Source: Candidatus Falkowbacteria bacterium GW2011_GWF2_43_32 (GTDB lineage Bacteria > Patescibacteriota > Patescibacteriia > Patescibacteriales > UBA12465). Taken from it: 64,000 nucleotides of DNA. The notes below the pieces were generated by a model that was not told where the DNA came from, made no database searches, and saw only the letters and a program-made list of their open reading frames with translations. Positions 42,910 to 51,810 of this stretch are shown here, one piece after another (position 1 is the first letter of the stretch; every line of letters starts with the position of its first letter). The position numbers were made by a program, and so were the translations under genes. Location of the stretch: assembly GCA_000999715.1 (NCBI GenBank), contig LCGL01000003.1:26942-90941 (forward strand), read 5' to 3'.

Positions 42910-43665
42910 ATGACTAAAGAAAAAAAAGACCAAGCCGAGAAAGTTGCGGTGAAAAAGACCGCCAAAAAATCCCTTAAACCCGCGGTTAAAATCGCCAAAA
43001 AAATTGATTACACGGCCATTTACGATCAGGCTAAAACCTATCCGATCGAAGAAGCGCTGGCCATCGTCAAAAAATTGACCAAAACTAAATTTGACGCGAC
43101 CGTGGAAATACATTTTAACCTGGGCATTAACACGAAAAAAGGCGAACAACAAGTACGCGGCGCGGTGAGCTTGCCGCATGGTACGGGAAAAACCGTCAAA
43201 GTGGCGGCCTTTGTTTCGCCGGAAAATGAAAAGGCCGTTAAAGCGGCCGGGGCCGATTTTGTCGGCGGCGAAGAATTAATCGCGGAAATCAAAAAAACGG
43301 AAAAAACCGATTTTCAAGTGGCGATTGCCGAACCGGCGCTGATGAAAAACTTGGCCCTGATCGCCAAAATTTTAGGAACGCGCGGCTTAATGCCTTCTCC
43401 GAAAAACGATACCGTTACCGCCAACCCAGCCAAAACCGTGGAAGAATTGAAAAAAGGCAAAATCAGTTTTAAAAACGACGATACCGGCAATGTCCATACC
43501 GTCATCGGCAAAATCAGTTTTGACGCCGACAAATTGGTCGCCAACTTCCAAGCGCTGTTGGAAATCGTCAAAAAAGCCAAACCGTCTTCTTCCAAGGGAA
43601 CCTTCTTGAAAAGTGTCAGTATCTGCTCGTCCATGAGCCCGGGAGTGAAAATTTCCGTCTCTTAA
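42910..43665 (+). CDS. rplA: 50S ribosomal protein L1
   Basis: Start moved to MTKEKK (42910); FDATVEIHFNLGIN..QVRGAVSLPHGTGK typical L1. Confidence 0.93.
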   Translation: MTKEKKDQAEKVAVKKTAKKSLKPAVKIAKKIDYTAIYDQAKTYPIEEALAIVKKLTKTKFDATVEIHFNLGINTKKGEQQVRGAVSLPHGTGKTVKVAAFVSPENEKAVKAAGADFVGGEELIAEIKKTEKTDFQVAIAEPALMKNLALIAKILGTRGLMPSPKNDTVTANPAKTVEELKKGKISFKNDDTGNVHTVIGKISFDADKLVANFQALLEIVKKAKPSSSKGTFLKSVSICSSMSPGVKISVS

Positions 43666-43695
43666 AACACCGCCCTAACCGCCTTAAACCCATTA

Positions 43696-43724
43696 TTGAC
43701 TTATAAACGGCGGTAATATATAAT
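43696..43724 (+). promoter_or_regulatory. Sigma70-type promoter upstream of the RRM protein gene
   Basis: TTGACT (43696-43701) - 17 nt - TATAAT (43719-43724). Confidence 0.6.
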
Positions 43725-43746
43725 CCATTCAGGTAAGCATTTAAAG

Positions 43747-43769
43747 AAGGCGGACCAACCGCCTTTTTT
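43747..43769 (+). terminator. Terminator-like hairpin + T-run (rplA terminator and/or leader attenuator of the RRM gene)
   Basis: Stem AAGGCGG/CCGCCTT, loop ACCAA, T-run 43764-43769; lies downstream of the 43696-43724 promoter. Confidence 0.65.
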
Positions 43770-43836
43770 AACAAAAGGTCGTCTTACGATTTAATAAAAA
43801 AGAAGCGGGCAACCGCTTCTAAGGCAAGCAAACAAG

Positions 43837-44094
43837 ATGAAAAAATTATTTGTCGGCGGCTTGAATTTCAAGACGACCGAAGAAATCTTGGCGGAAGCGT
43901 TCGCCAAGGCCGGTAAAGTTATCTCCGCCGTGGTTATCTCCGACCGGATGACTAACCGCTCCAAAGGCTTCGGCTTTGTGGAGATGGAAAATGACGATGA
44001 AGCGGAAGCGGCTATCGCCATGTACAACGAACAGGAATTGGACGGACGCAAAGTGGTCGTAAACGAAGCACGTCCCCTGGAAAAAAGATTTTAA
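43837..44094 (+). CDS. RRM-type RNA-binding protein
   Basis: 85 aa; RNP2 LFVGGL and RNP1 KGFGFVEM. Confidence 0.9.
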   Translation: MKKLFVGGLNFKTTEEILAEAFAKAGKVISAVVISDRMTNRSKGFGFVEMENDDEAEAAIAMYNEQELDGRKVVVNEARPLEKRF

Positions 44095-44122
44095 TCAAAA
44101 TTTAGAATCACACAGATAATCC

Positions 44123-44148
44123 AAAAAACACCCTAACGGGTGTTTTTT
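44123..44148. terminator. Bidirectional Rho-independent terminator
   Basis: AAAAAACACCC TAAC GGGTGTTTTTT between convergent genes. Confidence 0.85.
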
Positions 44149-44190
44149 ATTTTCACGATAATTAACGAAACGAAATTGACGCGATCGATT

Positions 44191-44658
44191 CTATTTTTTA
44201 AGTCGGGCCGACTTTTTGCCGGTCGATTTTTTTCCGATTGATTTTTTCTCGATTGATTTTTCACCGGTCGATTTTTTTTCGGTCGCTTGCCTGTTTTCGT
44301 AATCTTCAATCGCTTTCTTCAATCCTTGGACGGCCATAACCGAACAATGAACTTTCTGTTGCGGCAAACCGCCCAATTCGCCGACGATTTTTTGCCAATT
44401 ATATTTTTTGGCCTGAACAATGGTCATCCCTTTGACTTTTTCCGTCAGTACGGAAGCGGTGGCGATATTGGAAGCGCAACCGAAAGACAAAAATTTGACC
44501 TCCTTGATTTTTCCCTGCTCCACTTTCAAAAAGAAATCCAATTGATCGCCGCAAACCATATTGCCGATTTGAGCGTACCCGTCCGGTTTTTTGATGGAAC
44601 CGATATTCTTCGGTTTTAGAAAATTATCAATGGTCTTCTTCGTATAATTAAGTGACAT
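44191..44658 (-). CDS. NifU/IscU-type Fe-S cluster scaffold with Lys-rich repeat tail
   Basis: 155 aa; three scaffold cysteines (MVCGD, FGCASNIA, VHCS); C-terminal EKKSTGEKSIEKKSIGKKSTGKKSARLKK. Confidence 0.85.
   Translation of the reverse strand: MSLNYTKKTIDNFLKPKNIGSIKKPDGYAQIGNMVCGDQLDFFLKVEQGKIKEVKFLSFGCASNIATASVLTEKVKGMTIVQAKKYNWQKIVGELGGLPQQKVHCSVMAVQGLKKAIEDYENRQATEKKSTGEKSIEKKSIGKKSTGKKSARLKK
44218..44286 (-). repeat. Degenerate ~15-nt coding repeats (Lys-rich tail of the scaffold protein)
   Basis: Plus strand repeats of GTCGATTTTTTT / CGATTGATTTTTT x4-5. Confidence 0.7.
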
Positions 44659-44680
44659 ATATTTGAAATTAAATTATTTT

Positions 44681-45835
44681 TTATTTGATGGGACTGAAAC
44701 TGCGCAATCTTTTAACCGTATTGCGAAGATGATTAACCGTATAATCAATTTCCGCTTTGGTGTTGAAGCGTCCGAGCGAAAATCTGATATTGCTGTTCAA
44801 GAAATGATCCTTCAAGCCGATTGATCGCAGAACATAAGACGATTTCAAATCGGCGGCCGAACAAGCCGAGCCGGTGGAAACGCAAACTCCCTTGGAAGAA
44901 AGATCGATCAGAATCGCTTCCCCCTCCACATAACCGAACATCACGTTGAGATTGGCGGGCGAGCGCCGCGTCAAACTGCCGTTTACTCGCACTTCCGGCA
45001 CCTCTTTTTGAATCTTCTTCCACAGATAATCCCGCAAGCTTCTCACCTTTTTCAAATAAACTCCTCTCTCCCGATAAGCCAACTCCAGGGCCGCGGCCAA
45101 GCCGACGATGCCGGGCAAATTATAGGTTCCGGAACGATAACCGTCCTCCTGTCCGCCGCCGGCCAATAAAGGCCGGATCTTTATCTTACGATTGATATAG
45201 GCCAGACCGACGCCTTTCGGCCCATAAAACTTGTGCGCCGACAAACTCAGAAAATCAATAGCCATTTTTTGAATATCCAAATTTAAGTACGGAACGGCCT
45301 GCACGGCATCGGTGTGGAAATAAGCGCCATGACGATGAGCAATCGCGGCCAAAGCGGCAATGTCCTGGACGGTACCGATTTCGTTGTTAACGGCCATCAC
45401 GGAGACCAAAATCGTTTTTTTATCCAACAGCTTCTCCAGGGCCGCCGGCTCGACAATTCCCTCCTGATTGACCGGCACAATTTCCACTTTAAAGCCTTCA
45501 TGTTTCAATTCATCGGCCGCCTCGCGCACGCAAGGGTGTTCAATGGCGGAGATAATAATCTTATTTCTGGCGGTATCGCGATTGGCCCGCGCCACTCCTT
45601 TGATGATAAAATTATTGGACTCGGTCGCCCCGGAAGTGAAGATAACGTTATCCGGTTCTCCATGCAAAATTTTCGCCACCGTTTTTTTGGCCTGACGCAA
45701 ATCCAAAAAAGCCTGCTGTCCCGGAAAATAAATAGCCGAAGCATTGGCATATTTATCGGTTAAATATGGTTTCATTTTCGCCAAAACACGCGGGTCCAAA
45801 CGTGTGGTGGCCGCATTATCCAAATAAACTTTCAT
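44681..45835 (-). CDS. Cysteine desulfurase (NifS/IscS class)
   Basis: 384 aa; PLP lysine SAHKFYGPKG, active-site STGSACSA. Confidence 0.92.
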   Translation of the reverse strand: MKVYLDNAATTRLDPRVLAKMKPYLTDKYANASAIYFPGQQAFLDLRQAKKTVAKILHGEPDNVIFTSGATESNNFIIKGVARANRDTARNKIIISAIEHPCVREAADELKHEGFKVEIVPVNQEGIVEPAALEKLLDKKTILVSVMAVNNEIGTVQDIAALAAIAHRHGAYFHTDAVQAVPYLNLDIQKMAIDFLSLSAHKFYGPKGVGLAYINRKIKIRPLLAGGGQEDGYRSGTYNLPGIVGLAAALELAYRERGVYLKKVRSLRDYLWKKIQKEVPEVRVNGSLTRRSPANLNVMFGYVEGEAILIDLSSKGVCVSTGSACSAADLKSSYVLRSIGLKDHFLNSNIRFSLGRFNTKAEIDYTVNHLRNTVKRLRSFSPIK

Positions 45836-45928
45836 ATGATAATTAAGCTTAAATTTTAATAGAATTTTAAGTATAGCAAGTTTGCCATACTCTGTCCATT
45901 ATAGCCGTTTCGCCAATAATTTTCAAAC

Positions 45929-45964
45929 AAAAAACCGGAAACGATTCGCTCGGATCCGGTTTCT
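45929..45964 (-). terminator. Rho-independent terminator for the cyclophilin gene
   Basis: Minus strand AGAAACCGGA ..14 nt.. TCCGGTTTTTT. Confidence 0.65.
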
Positions 45965-45978
45965 CGACTTAACGATTA

Positions 45979-46731
45979 TTATTTCTGCAAAGTAATGCTC
46001 TTGATAACCACTGCGGTCAACGGCCGATCGTTGACGCCGGTCTCGACCGCTTCAATCTTTTTGACTACATCCAGGCCAGCCGTGACTTGACCGAAATTAG
46101 TGTGTTTGCCGTCCAACCAAGGAGTTTCGGCGGCGGTCACGATGAAAAATTGCGAACCGTTCGTTCCCGGACCGGCATTGGCCATGGCCAAAGAACCGGC
46201 GACTAATTTATGGGAATTGAATTCATCCGCAAACTGATAGCCCGGACCGCCCGTTCCCCAAACGGCGCTATTATCCTCCTTGCTTAAAGGATCGCCTCCC
46301 TGAATCATAAAATTTTTGATGACCCGGTGAAACTTCACCTCGTCATAGAAGCCGGCTTGCGCCAGATTCAAAAAATTATTGACGGTCACCGGCGCTTCGG
46401 CATTATAGAATTTTACCGTGATGTCGCCGTAATTGGTTTTTAAAACCGCTTGCGAATACTGTTTGGTCAAATCCGTTTGCTCGGAAGGATTTTTCATAAT
46501 TTTATCGTTAATTTTATTATCTTGATTATCAAGGGAAACAATCTCCGTAATCGTCTCCGCCGGCTCCTCCGAAACCGCTTCCGGAACCAAACCTGCCGGC
46601 GCCTCCGAATATCCGTCATTGACGACGTCGGGAACATTACCCGTTTCGATCGGATCGGCTTTTTCCAAAGAACAAGCCGAAATCCCGACCACCGCAACCA
46701 AAATCACTAAAGTAAACAAAAATCTTCTCAT
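45979..46731 (-). CDS. Cyclophilin-type peptidyl-prolyl isomerase, lipoprotein
   Basis: Start moved to [20 protein letters not shown] (lipobox); core [21 protein letters not shown]. Confidence 0.88.
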   Translation of the reverse strand: MRRFLFTLVILVAVVGISACSLEKADPIETGNVPDVVNDGYSEAPAGLVPEAVSEEPAETITEIVSLDNQDNKINDKIMKNPSEQTDLTKQYSQAVLKTNYGDITVKFYNAEAPVTVNNFLNLAQAGFYDEVKFHRVIKNFMIQGGDPLSKEDNSAVWGTGGPGYQFADEFNSHKLVAGSLAMANAGPGTNGSQFFIVTAAETPWLDGKHTNFGQVTAGLDVVKKIEAVETGVNDRPLTAVVIKSITLQK

Positions 46732-46756
46732 ATTTTTTTGTTGATTATTTTTTAAT

Positions 46757-48214
46757 TTAAACTTTATATTGTTTTCTGATGACGCTATCTTCCTCGCGTT
46801 GCTTTTCTTCAATCAATTCTTTGGCCTTGGCCCGCAGTTCTTCCAGGTTCAATTCGTCCAATTTCTTAGCTCTCATCGCCAAATCTTTAGCCACATTCAA
46901 TTCCGGATTTTCAATAACTTCACTCAATAAAACATCCAGAATCGCGCCGATTTTCGGTCCGGGAACGATTTTCAACGCCTTCATAAGGTCGTCACCGTTG
47001 ATTTTAAGCATTTTGACGGAAATAGGGTCATTCTGTACCTTTTCCAACATATACTGCAGGTGGCGCAATTTATAGGGCATGGCCTTGGGAGTGCCGGAAC
47101 CGAGCCGATCGGCGACGCGTAAATTTATCAAATCTTGCAAATTTTCCCGACCGACTTTGACAATCAAACGACGGACCGAAGCGGCGCTCACTTCTCCGAC
47201 ATTATAATAAAACATGTGATTTTTGACAAGATTGACCACGCGCTCCCGATCCTCGTTGGTAAACTTCAAACGACTCATGATTTTATCCGCCATTTTCGCT
47301 CCCAAATATTCATGATTATAAAAAGTGGCGATGCCCTTGATGATTTTACGGGTTTTCGGCTTGGCCACATCGTGTAACAGGGCGGCCAAACGCACCGGCC
47401 ATTCCCGACTCGGGCAATGTTTCAAAGTCATGACATTATGTTTGAAAACCGAATACAAATGATGGCGCGCCGGCGCTACGTTAACGCCCTGCTCCAGCTC
47501 CGGCAAAATATAATTCAATAACTTGCTTTCATAAAGTTGCATAATACCTTCCGCCGGTCGTTCCGAGGCCAAAATTTTAATCAATTCGTCGCGAATTCTC
47601 TCCGCCGCGACAAATTTCAAACTGCCGGCCAATTTAACGATTGCCCGTTGCGTTTTCGGTTCCAATTCAAAACCCAGTTGGGCGCTGAAACGCACCGCGC
47701 GCATCATCCTTAAAGCGTCTTCTTTAAAACGATCGCTCGGCTCGCCGACCGCGCGAATAATTTTCGCTTTGATATCTTTCCGGCCGCCGAACAAATCCAC
47801 TATTTTTTCCGGCTCGGCCGGATCAAGCGCCAAAGCGTTAACGGTAAAATCGCGTCGCTCCAAATCTTTATCCAAGCCGGTTTCAAAACGCACCACATCC
47901 GGATGACGCCGATCGGAATAACCTTGTTCACTGCGGTAAGTCGTAATTTCCACCACATCTTCCAAGGCGCCCTTAACGCCATCCGCACTTGATTTTGCGC
48001 GCCAAGGCAATAACACCGTACCAAAAACGTTTTCATATTTCGCCGACGGAAAAATTTTTAAAATCTCTTCCGGCCGGGCAACGGTCGTAATATCCCAGTC
48101 CTGCGGTTCCCTGTTCATCAGCAAATCGCGCACACAGCCGCCGACGATATAAGCCTCGTAACCGGCGATGCGCAGACTGGCGGTTATTTTTTTGATATGC
48201 GAAGGAATATTCAT
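46757..48214 (-). CDS. cca: CCA-adding tRNA nucleotidyltransferase with HD domain
   Basis: 485 aa; [30 protein letters not shown]-type LLHDVAKP. Confidence 0.9.
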   Translation of the reverse strand: MNIPSHIKKITASLRIAGYEAYIVGGCVRDLLMNREPQDWDITTVARPEEILKIFPSAKYENVFGTVLLPWRAKSSADGVKGALEDVVEITTYRSEQGYSDRRHPDVVRFETGLDKDLERRDFTVNALALDPAEPEKIVDLFGGRKDIKAKIIRAVGEPSDRFKEDALRMMRAVRFSAQLGFELEPKTQRAIVKLAGSLKFVAAERIRDELIKILASERPAEGIMQLYESKLLNYILPELEQGVNVAPARHHLYSVFKHNVMTLKHCPSREWPVRLAALLHDVAKPKTRKIIKGIATFYNHEYLGAKMADKIMSRLKFTNEDRERVVNLVKNHMFYYNVGEVSAASVRRLIVKVGRENLQDLINLRVADRLGSGTPKAMPYKLRHLQYMLEKVQNDPISVKMLKINGDDLMKALKIVPGPKIGAILDVLLSEVIENPELNVAKDLAMRAKKLDELNLEELRAKAKELIEEKQREEDSVIRKQYKV

Positions 48215-48216
48215 AA

Positions 48217-49983
48217 TTAAAAAGCAAAAGGTAATTTTCTCTTATCGACGGACGAAGTCAAAATCGGATTCCGTTTTTTTGTAAATTTAGTATGCAATAA
48301 CCGAGCGCCGAGATTTTGTTCCTTGATTCTGGCATAATATGCCAACATCGGTTTATTCTCATGCGCGCGGCGCATCAATCGATTTTTATCAATGTTATAC
48401 AGGCTTTCCCAACGTTTCCTCCTAATGGCCGCCGTAGTCGGAATCGGTTGCCCGCCACCGCCCAAACAACCGCCCGGGCAAGCCATCACTTCTATATAAT
48501 GGTATTTTTGAAGTTTTGGCAAGATGCGGGAAAAATTGCCCAAACCGTTGACGACACCCAGGCGAATTTTGCGTCCGTTTAAAACGAGAGTAGCCTCTTT
48601 AAAGCCCGCCAAACCGCGCACTTCCTTAAATTCCAGGCGTTGATCGGGTGAATGTTCCGTCGAACCGGAAGGCTTTGTCCGACCGGTCGCGGCTAGCAAA
48701 GCCGCCACGGTGCGCAAAGCCGACTCCATCACGCCGCCGGAAGCTCCGTAAATCGCCGCCGCGCCGCTACCGCGATTGAACAATTTTTCGCCGTCGGAAT
48801 CCGGCAAATTTCTAAAATCAATGTTATGTTTTTTAATCAAATAAGCGAACTCGCGCACGGTTAATACATAATCCACGAGTTTCCGCTTTTGCCATTTCAA
48901 TTCCGGGCGCGCCGCTTCATATTTTTTGGCGGTACACGGAACAATGGAAACGACGACGATTTTTTTCGGATCAAGCTTTTTTTTCTCCGCCCAATATGTC
49001 TTGATGGCGCCGGCCAAATGGATATGAGGCGAACGTGCCGTGGTCAAATGCGGCAATAATTCCGGATGATAAAATTCGGCATAGGCAACCCAGGACGGAC
49101 AACAAGAAGTCATCAACGGCCAAACCGCTTGCGGCTGACGCCAACGATCCATAAATTCTTCCGCTTCGGTCATGGTCGTAATATCGGCGCCGAAATTTAT
49201 GTCAAAAACATGAGCGAAGCCCAATCTTTTTAAAGCCGTATAAATTTTTCCTTCGCAATTCGTGCCGACAGGCAAACCGAATTCTTCTCCCAAAGATACG
49301 CGCACCGCCGGCGCAAATTGAGCGACCACGATTTTATCTTTAGCCGACAAAATTTTTTCTACTGCCGACCAATTGCCCTGCTCTTGAGCGGCGGCCACCG
49401 GACAATGCAAAGTACACTGACCGCAATAAACGCAAGCGATACTTTTATCGCGCGTCGGCCGAATCTCTTGATTGATGCCACTACCGACCACTTCCAAATA
49501 ATTAATGCCTTGCCGGGCGCAAGCTGTCACGCAATTTCGGCAATCAAAACATTGCGTGCCGTCGACTTCCACGGCTTGATCAAAACGATAAGTGCGACGG
49601 CCTTGTTTTCGATCGGAGAAACGATTGATTGGCACTTTATATTTCCGACTCAACTTTAACAGCTCGCAATCGTAAAAATAGGAACAATGACCGCATTTCT
49701 CGACATGCGCCCCGAAAATCAACTCCAAGTTGGTGCGACGCGCCTGTCTGACCCGCGGACTGTCGGTTAACACTTCCATACCGGCGACGGCGACCGTCGA
49801 GCAAGCCGTCGCCAAATTTATCCGGCCTTTGATTTCCACCGCGCAAACGCGACAATTGGCCTGAACTTCCAGGTCGGGATGATAACACAAAGACGGAATC
49901 TCTATTCCGTTTTCGCGCGCAATTTCCAAAATCGTTTGCCCGGCGCGGCCGGTTATTTGTTTATTGTTTATTTTGAGTTTCAT
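48217..49983 (-). CDS. hydA: [FeFe]-hydrogenase catalytic subunit (2Fe-2S + 4Fe-4S domains + H-cluster domain)
   Basis: Start at MKLKINNK (49983, overlaps upstream stop as TAATG); H-cluster motifs TSCCPSW, VPCTAKKYE, MACPGGCLGGGGQP. Confidence 0.9.
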   Translation of the reverse strand: MKLKINNKQITGRAGQTILEIARENGIEIPSLCYHPDLEVQANCRVCAVEIKGRINLATACSTVAVAGMEVLTDSPRVRQARRTNLELIFGAHVEKCGHCSYFYDCELLKLSRKYKVPINRFSDRKQGRRTYRFDQAVEVDGTQCFDCRNCVTACARQGINYLEVVGSGINQEIRPTRDKSIACVYCGQCTLHCPVAAAQEQGNWSAVEKILSAKDKIVVAQFAPAVRVSLGEEFGLPVGTNCEGKIYTALKRLGFAHVFDINFGADITTMTEAEEFMDRWRQPQAVWPLMTSCCPSWVAYAEFYHPELLPHLTTARSPHIHLAGAIKTYWAEKKKLDPKKIVVVSIVPCTAKKYEAARPELKWQKRKLVDYVLTVREFAYLIKKHNIDFRNLPDSDGEKLFNRGSGAAAIYGASGGVMESALRTVAALLAATGRTKPSGSTEHSPDQRLEFKEVRGLAGFKEATLVLNGRKIRLGVVNGLGNFSRILPKLQKYHYIEVMACPGGCLGGGGQPIPTTAAIRRKRWESLYNIDKNRLMRRAHENKPMLAYYARIKEQNLGARLLHTKFTKKRNPILTSSVDKRKLPFAF

Positions 49984-50692
49984 TAGTCTTTGATCTTGAC
50001 CAAATCCCGATACAACCGATAAGCGAATACCATGACCACCGGACCGATCAGCAAGCCGATAATTTGCACCAGCGCGCCGCCCAGCCACCCCCAAATATTA
50101 TTGCCCAAATATGCGGTCGGCCAAGAAATCAAACTGATAACGGCGACCAAAACCAAGCCAATCAGCAAAAATCTGCCCAAGACCGGCCACCAATAACCTC
50201 GTACCAGGGCATAACTGCGATTGACCGCATCCATGCTTTTCTTGTCTTCAAAAAAGAAAGCATAAAGAGTAAAGGCGTAAAAAATCGAAAAAATAAGCGC
50301 CGGAATCACCAAGGCGAAAAACCACAGCAATATCAAAACGCTAGTTAAAAATTCCAACGAAATATAAGACCAAAAATAGGCGGCCGATTCCCGATATATT
50401 TTTTAATCAACAGGAACAAAGACAAATAAATTCTGATCAGAAAATAAACCGTCAACAAAACGGCCCACAAGCTCAGCCAAAACCCCAGACCTAAAAAAAA
50501 CGGACTTAAACCGAGATCGGTATTGGACCCGATCAATACGACCGCGACGATGACCGCTAAGGGCACCAACGCGAAAAGAAAACCCCAAAGATAAATTAAA
50601 ACGATTTTTTTTAAATTTTTCCACCAAATTTTGACGGCACTTTCCAACAGAGAAAAACCCGGCGTTAATTTGGCTTTTTGATTTTGTTCCAT
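49983..50692 (-). pseudogene. Polytopic membrane protein gene split into two frames at an A6/T6 homopolymer (50399-50404)
   Basis: Track ORFs 50345-50770 and 49983-50357 overlap; the downstream frame is open back to the homopolymer and reads on as KIYRESAAYFWSYISLEFLT..; one extra A would fuse them into ~235 aa. Confidence 0.5.
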
Positions 50693-50706
50693 ATGATTAT
50701 GATTAA

Positions 50707-51732
50707 TTAATTTTTGACATTCGCGAAATAACTTTTCAAGGGCGCGGCCATTGACGATCCCAGACCGCAAAAACTGGTATCTTCCAAGCTTTGGACCACT
50801 TCATCGAATAATTTGTGATTGAATTGTTTCTGATTCATCAATTCTCGCAGACGATAAGAGCCTTCGCGACAAATCGCGCATTGGCCGCAGCTTTGTTCTT
50901 GATAAAAGCTCAACCAATGTTTAAACAACTTACGCCAATCGGTTCGTTTCTTATCATAAATCATGATGGAGCCGGCTCCTTCCGCCGGAACGGATAATTG
51001 CTCGTCATTGAAAATTTCACCGCTGGCGCCGCCGCCGACTTGGACGAAAAATGCTTTAGCCGGATAATTCCCCGTTTGCCGTAAAATTTCTTCCACGGTC
51101 AAATTGGCCGGCAAATCATAAACTCCGGGGCGCCTGGCCAAACCGGAAATGGTATAAAATCTTTTCCCTTCGTAACGATTCTGCGCCGCCAAACTGACGT
51201 TGTAAAAAGTTTCCGGATTATTGATCAGCGTCGGTCGACCGTATAAGCCTTGTTCGGTAGGATAAGGCGGTTTCCGGCGCGGCTCCACTTTCTTCCCTTC
51301 GATTAAATTCAGCAAAGCGGTCTCTTCGCCGCTGATGTAGGTCAATCTGTCCGGCTTGATGAAAAATTCGGTTTTTTCGCCCAAAGCTTCATATGGCCGG
51401 TCCGCCAAAACGGTTTTTAGGGAAAAACTGTATAACTGATAATATTCGCGATTCAAAAAAATATAAATCTTTTTAATTTTGTCGGCGCCGAAAAACTGTT
51501 CGGCCAAATAAACGCCGTTGATAACGGCGGCGGCGTGATGATGAAAAATATAAGCATCCTTCTTGACGCCCGGCTCTCCTTCCGCGCCGTTGACGATAAT
51601 ATAACCCGGTTTTTTATTTTTGAGAGCCGCCTTCACCGCCGCCCATTTGGCCGCCGTCGGATACGACGCTCCGCCGCGTCCGACCAAGCCGGCCTCGGAA
51701 ATTTTTTTAAGAATATTGGCAGTTTTGGACAT
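50707..51732 (-). CDS. NuoF/HydB-like NAD(P)H-binding flavoprotein subunit (short form)
   Basis: 341 aa; GLVGRGGASYPTAAKW, YISGEETALLNLIEGK..PPYP, EQSCGQCAICREG..SFCGLG (N3-type 4Fe-4S). Confidence 0.85.
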   Translation of the reverse strand: MSKTANILKKISEAGLVGRGGASYPTAAKWAAVKAALKNKKPGYIIVNGAEGEPGVKKDAYIFHHHAAAVINGVYLAEQFFGADKIKKIYIFLNREYYQLYSFSLKTVLADRPYEALGEKTEFFIKPDRLTYISGEETALLNLIEGKKVEPRRKPPYPTEQGLYGRPTLINNPETFYNVSLAAQNRYEGKRFYTISGLARRPGVYDLPANLTVEEILRQTGNYPAKAFFVQVGGGASGEIFNDEQLSVPAEGAGSIMIYDKKRTDWRKLFKHWLSFYQEQSCGQCAICREGSYRLRELMNQKQFNHKLFDEVVQSLEDTSFCGLGSSMAAPLKSYFANVKN

Positions 51733-51810
51733 GTTATTTTTCTGCTTGATGACTCTTCCCGATTGTATAATTCCCCAAACGAAGAACCGAACCGATTTAA
51801 ACCGACCGCT

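Noticed and set aside
44218-44286. Short tandem repeats at 44218-44286, 55590-55700 and 10541-10666, considered as CRISPR-like or minisatellite arrays.
   Set aside because: All are in frame inside ORFs and encode Lys-rich or coiled-coil peptide repeats. There is no repeat-spacer organisation and there are no cas genes.
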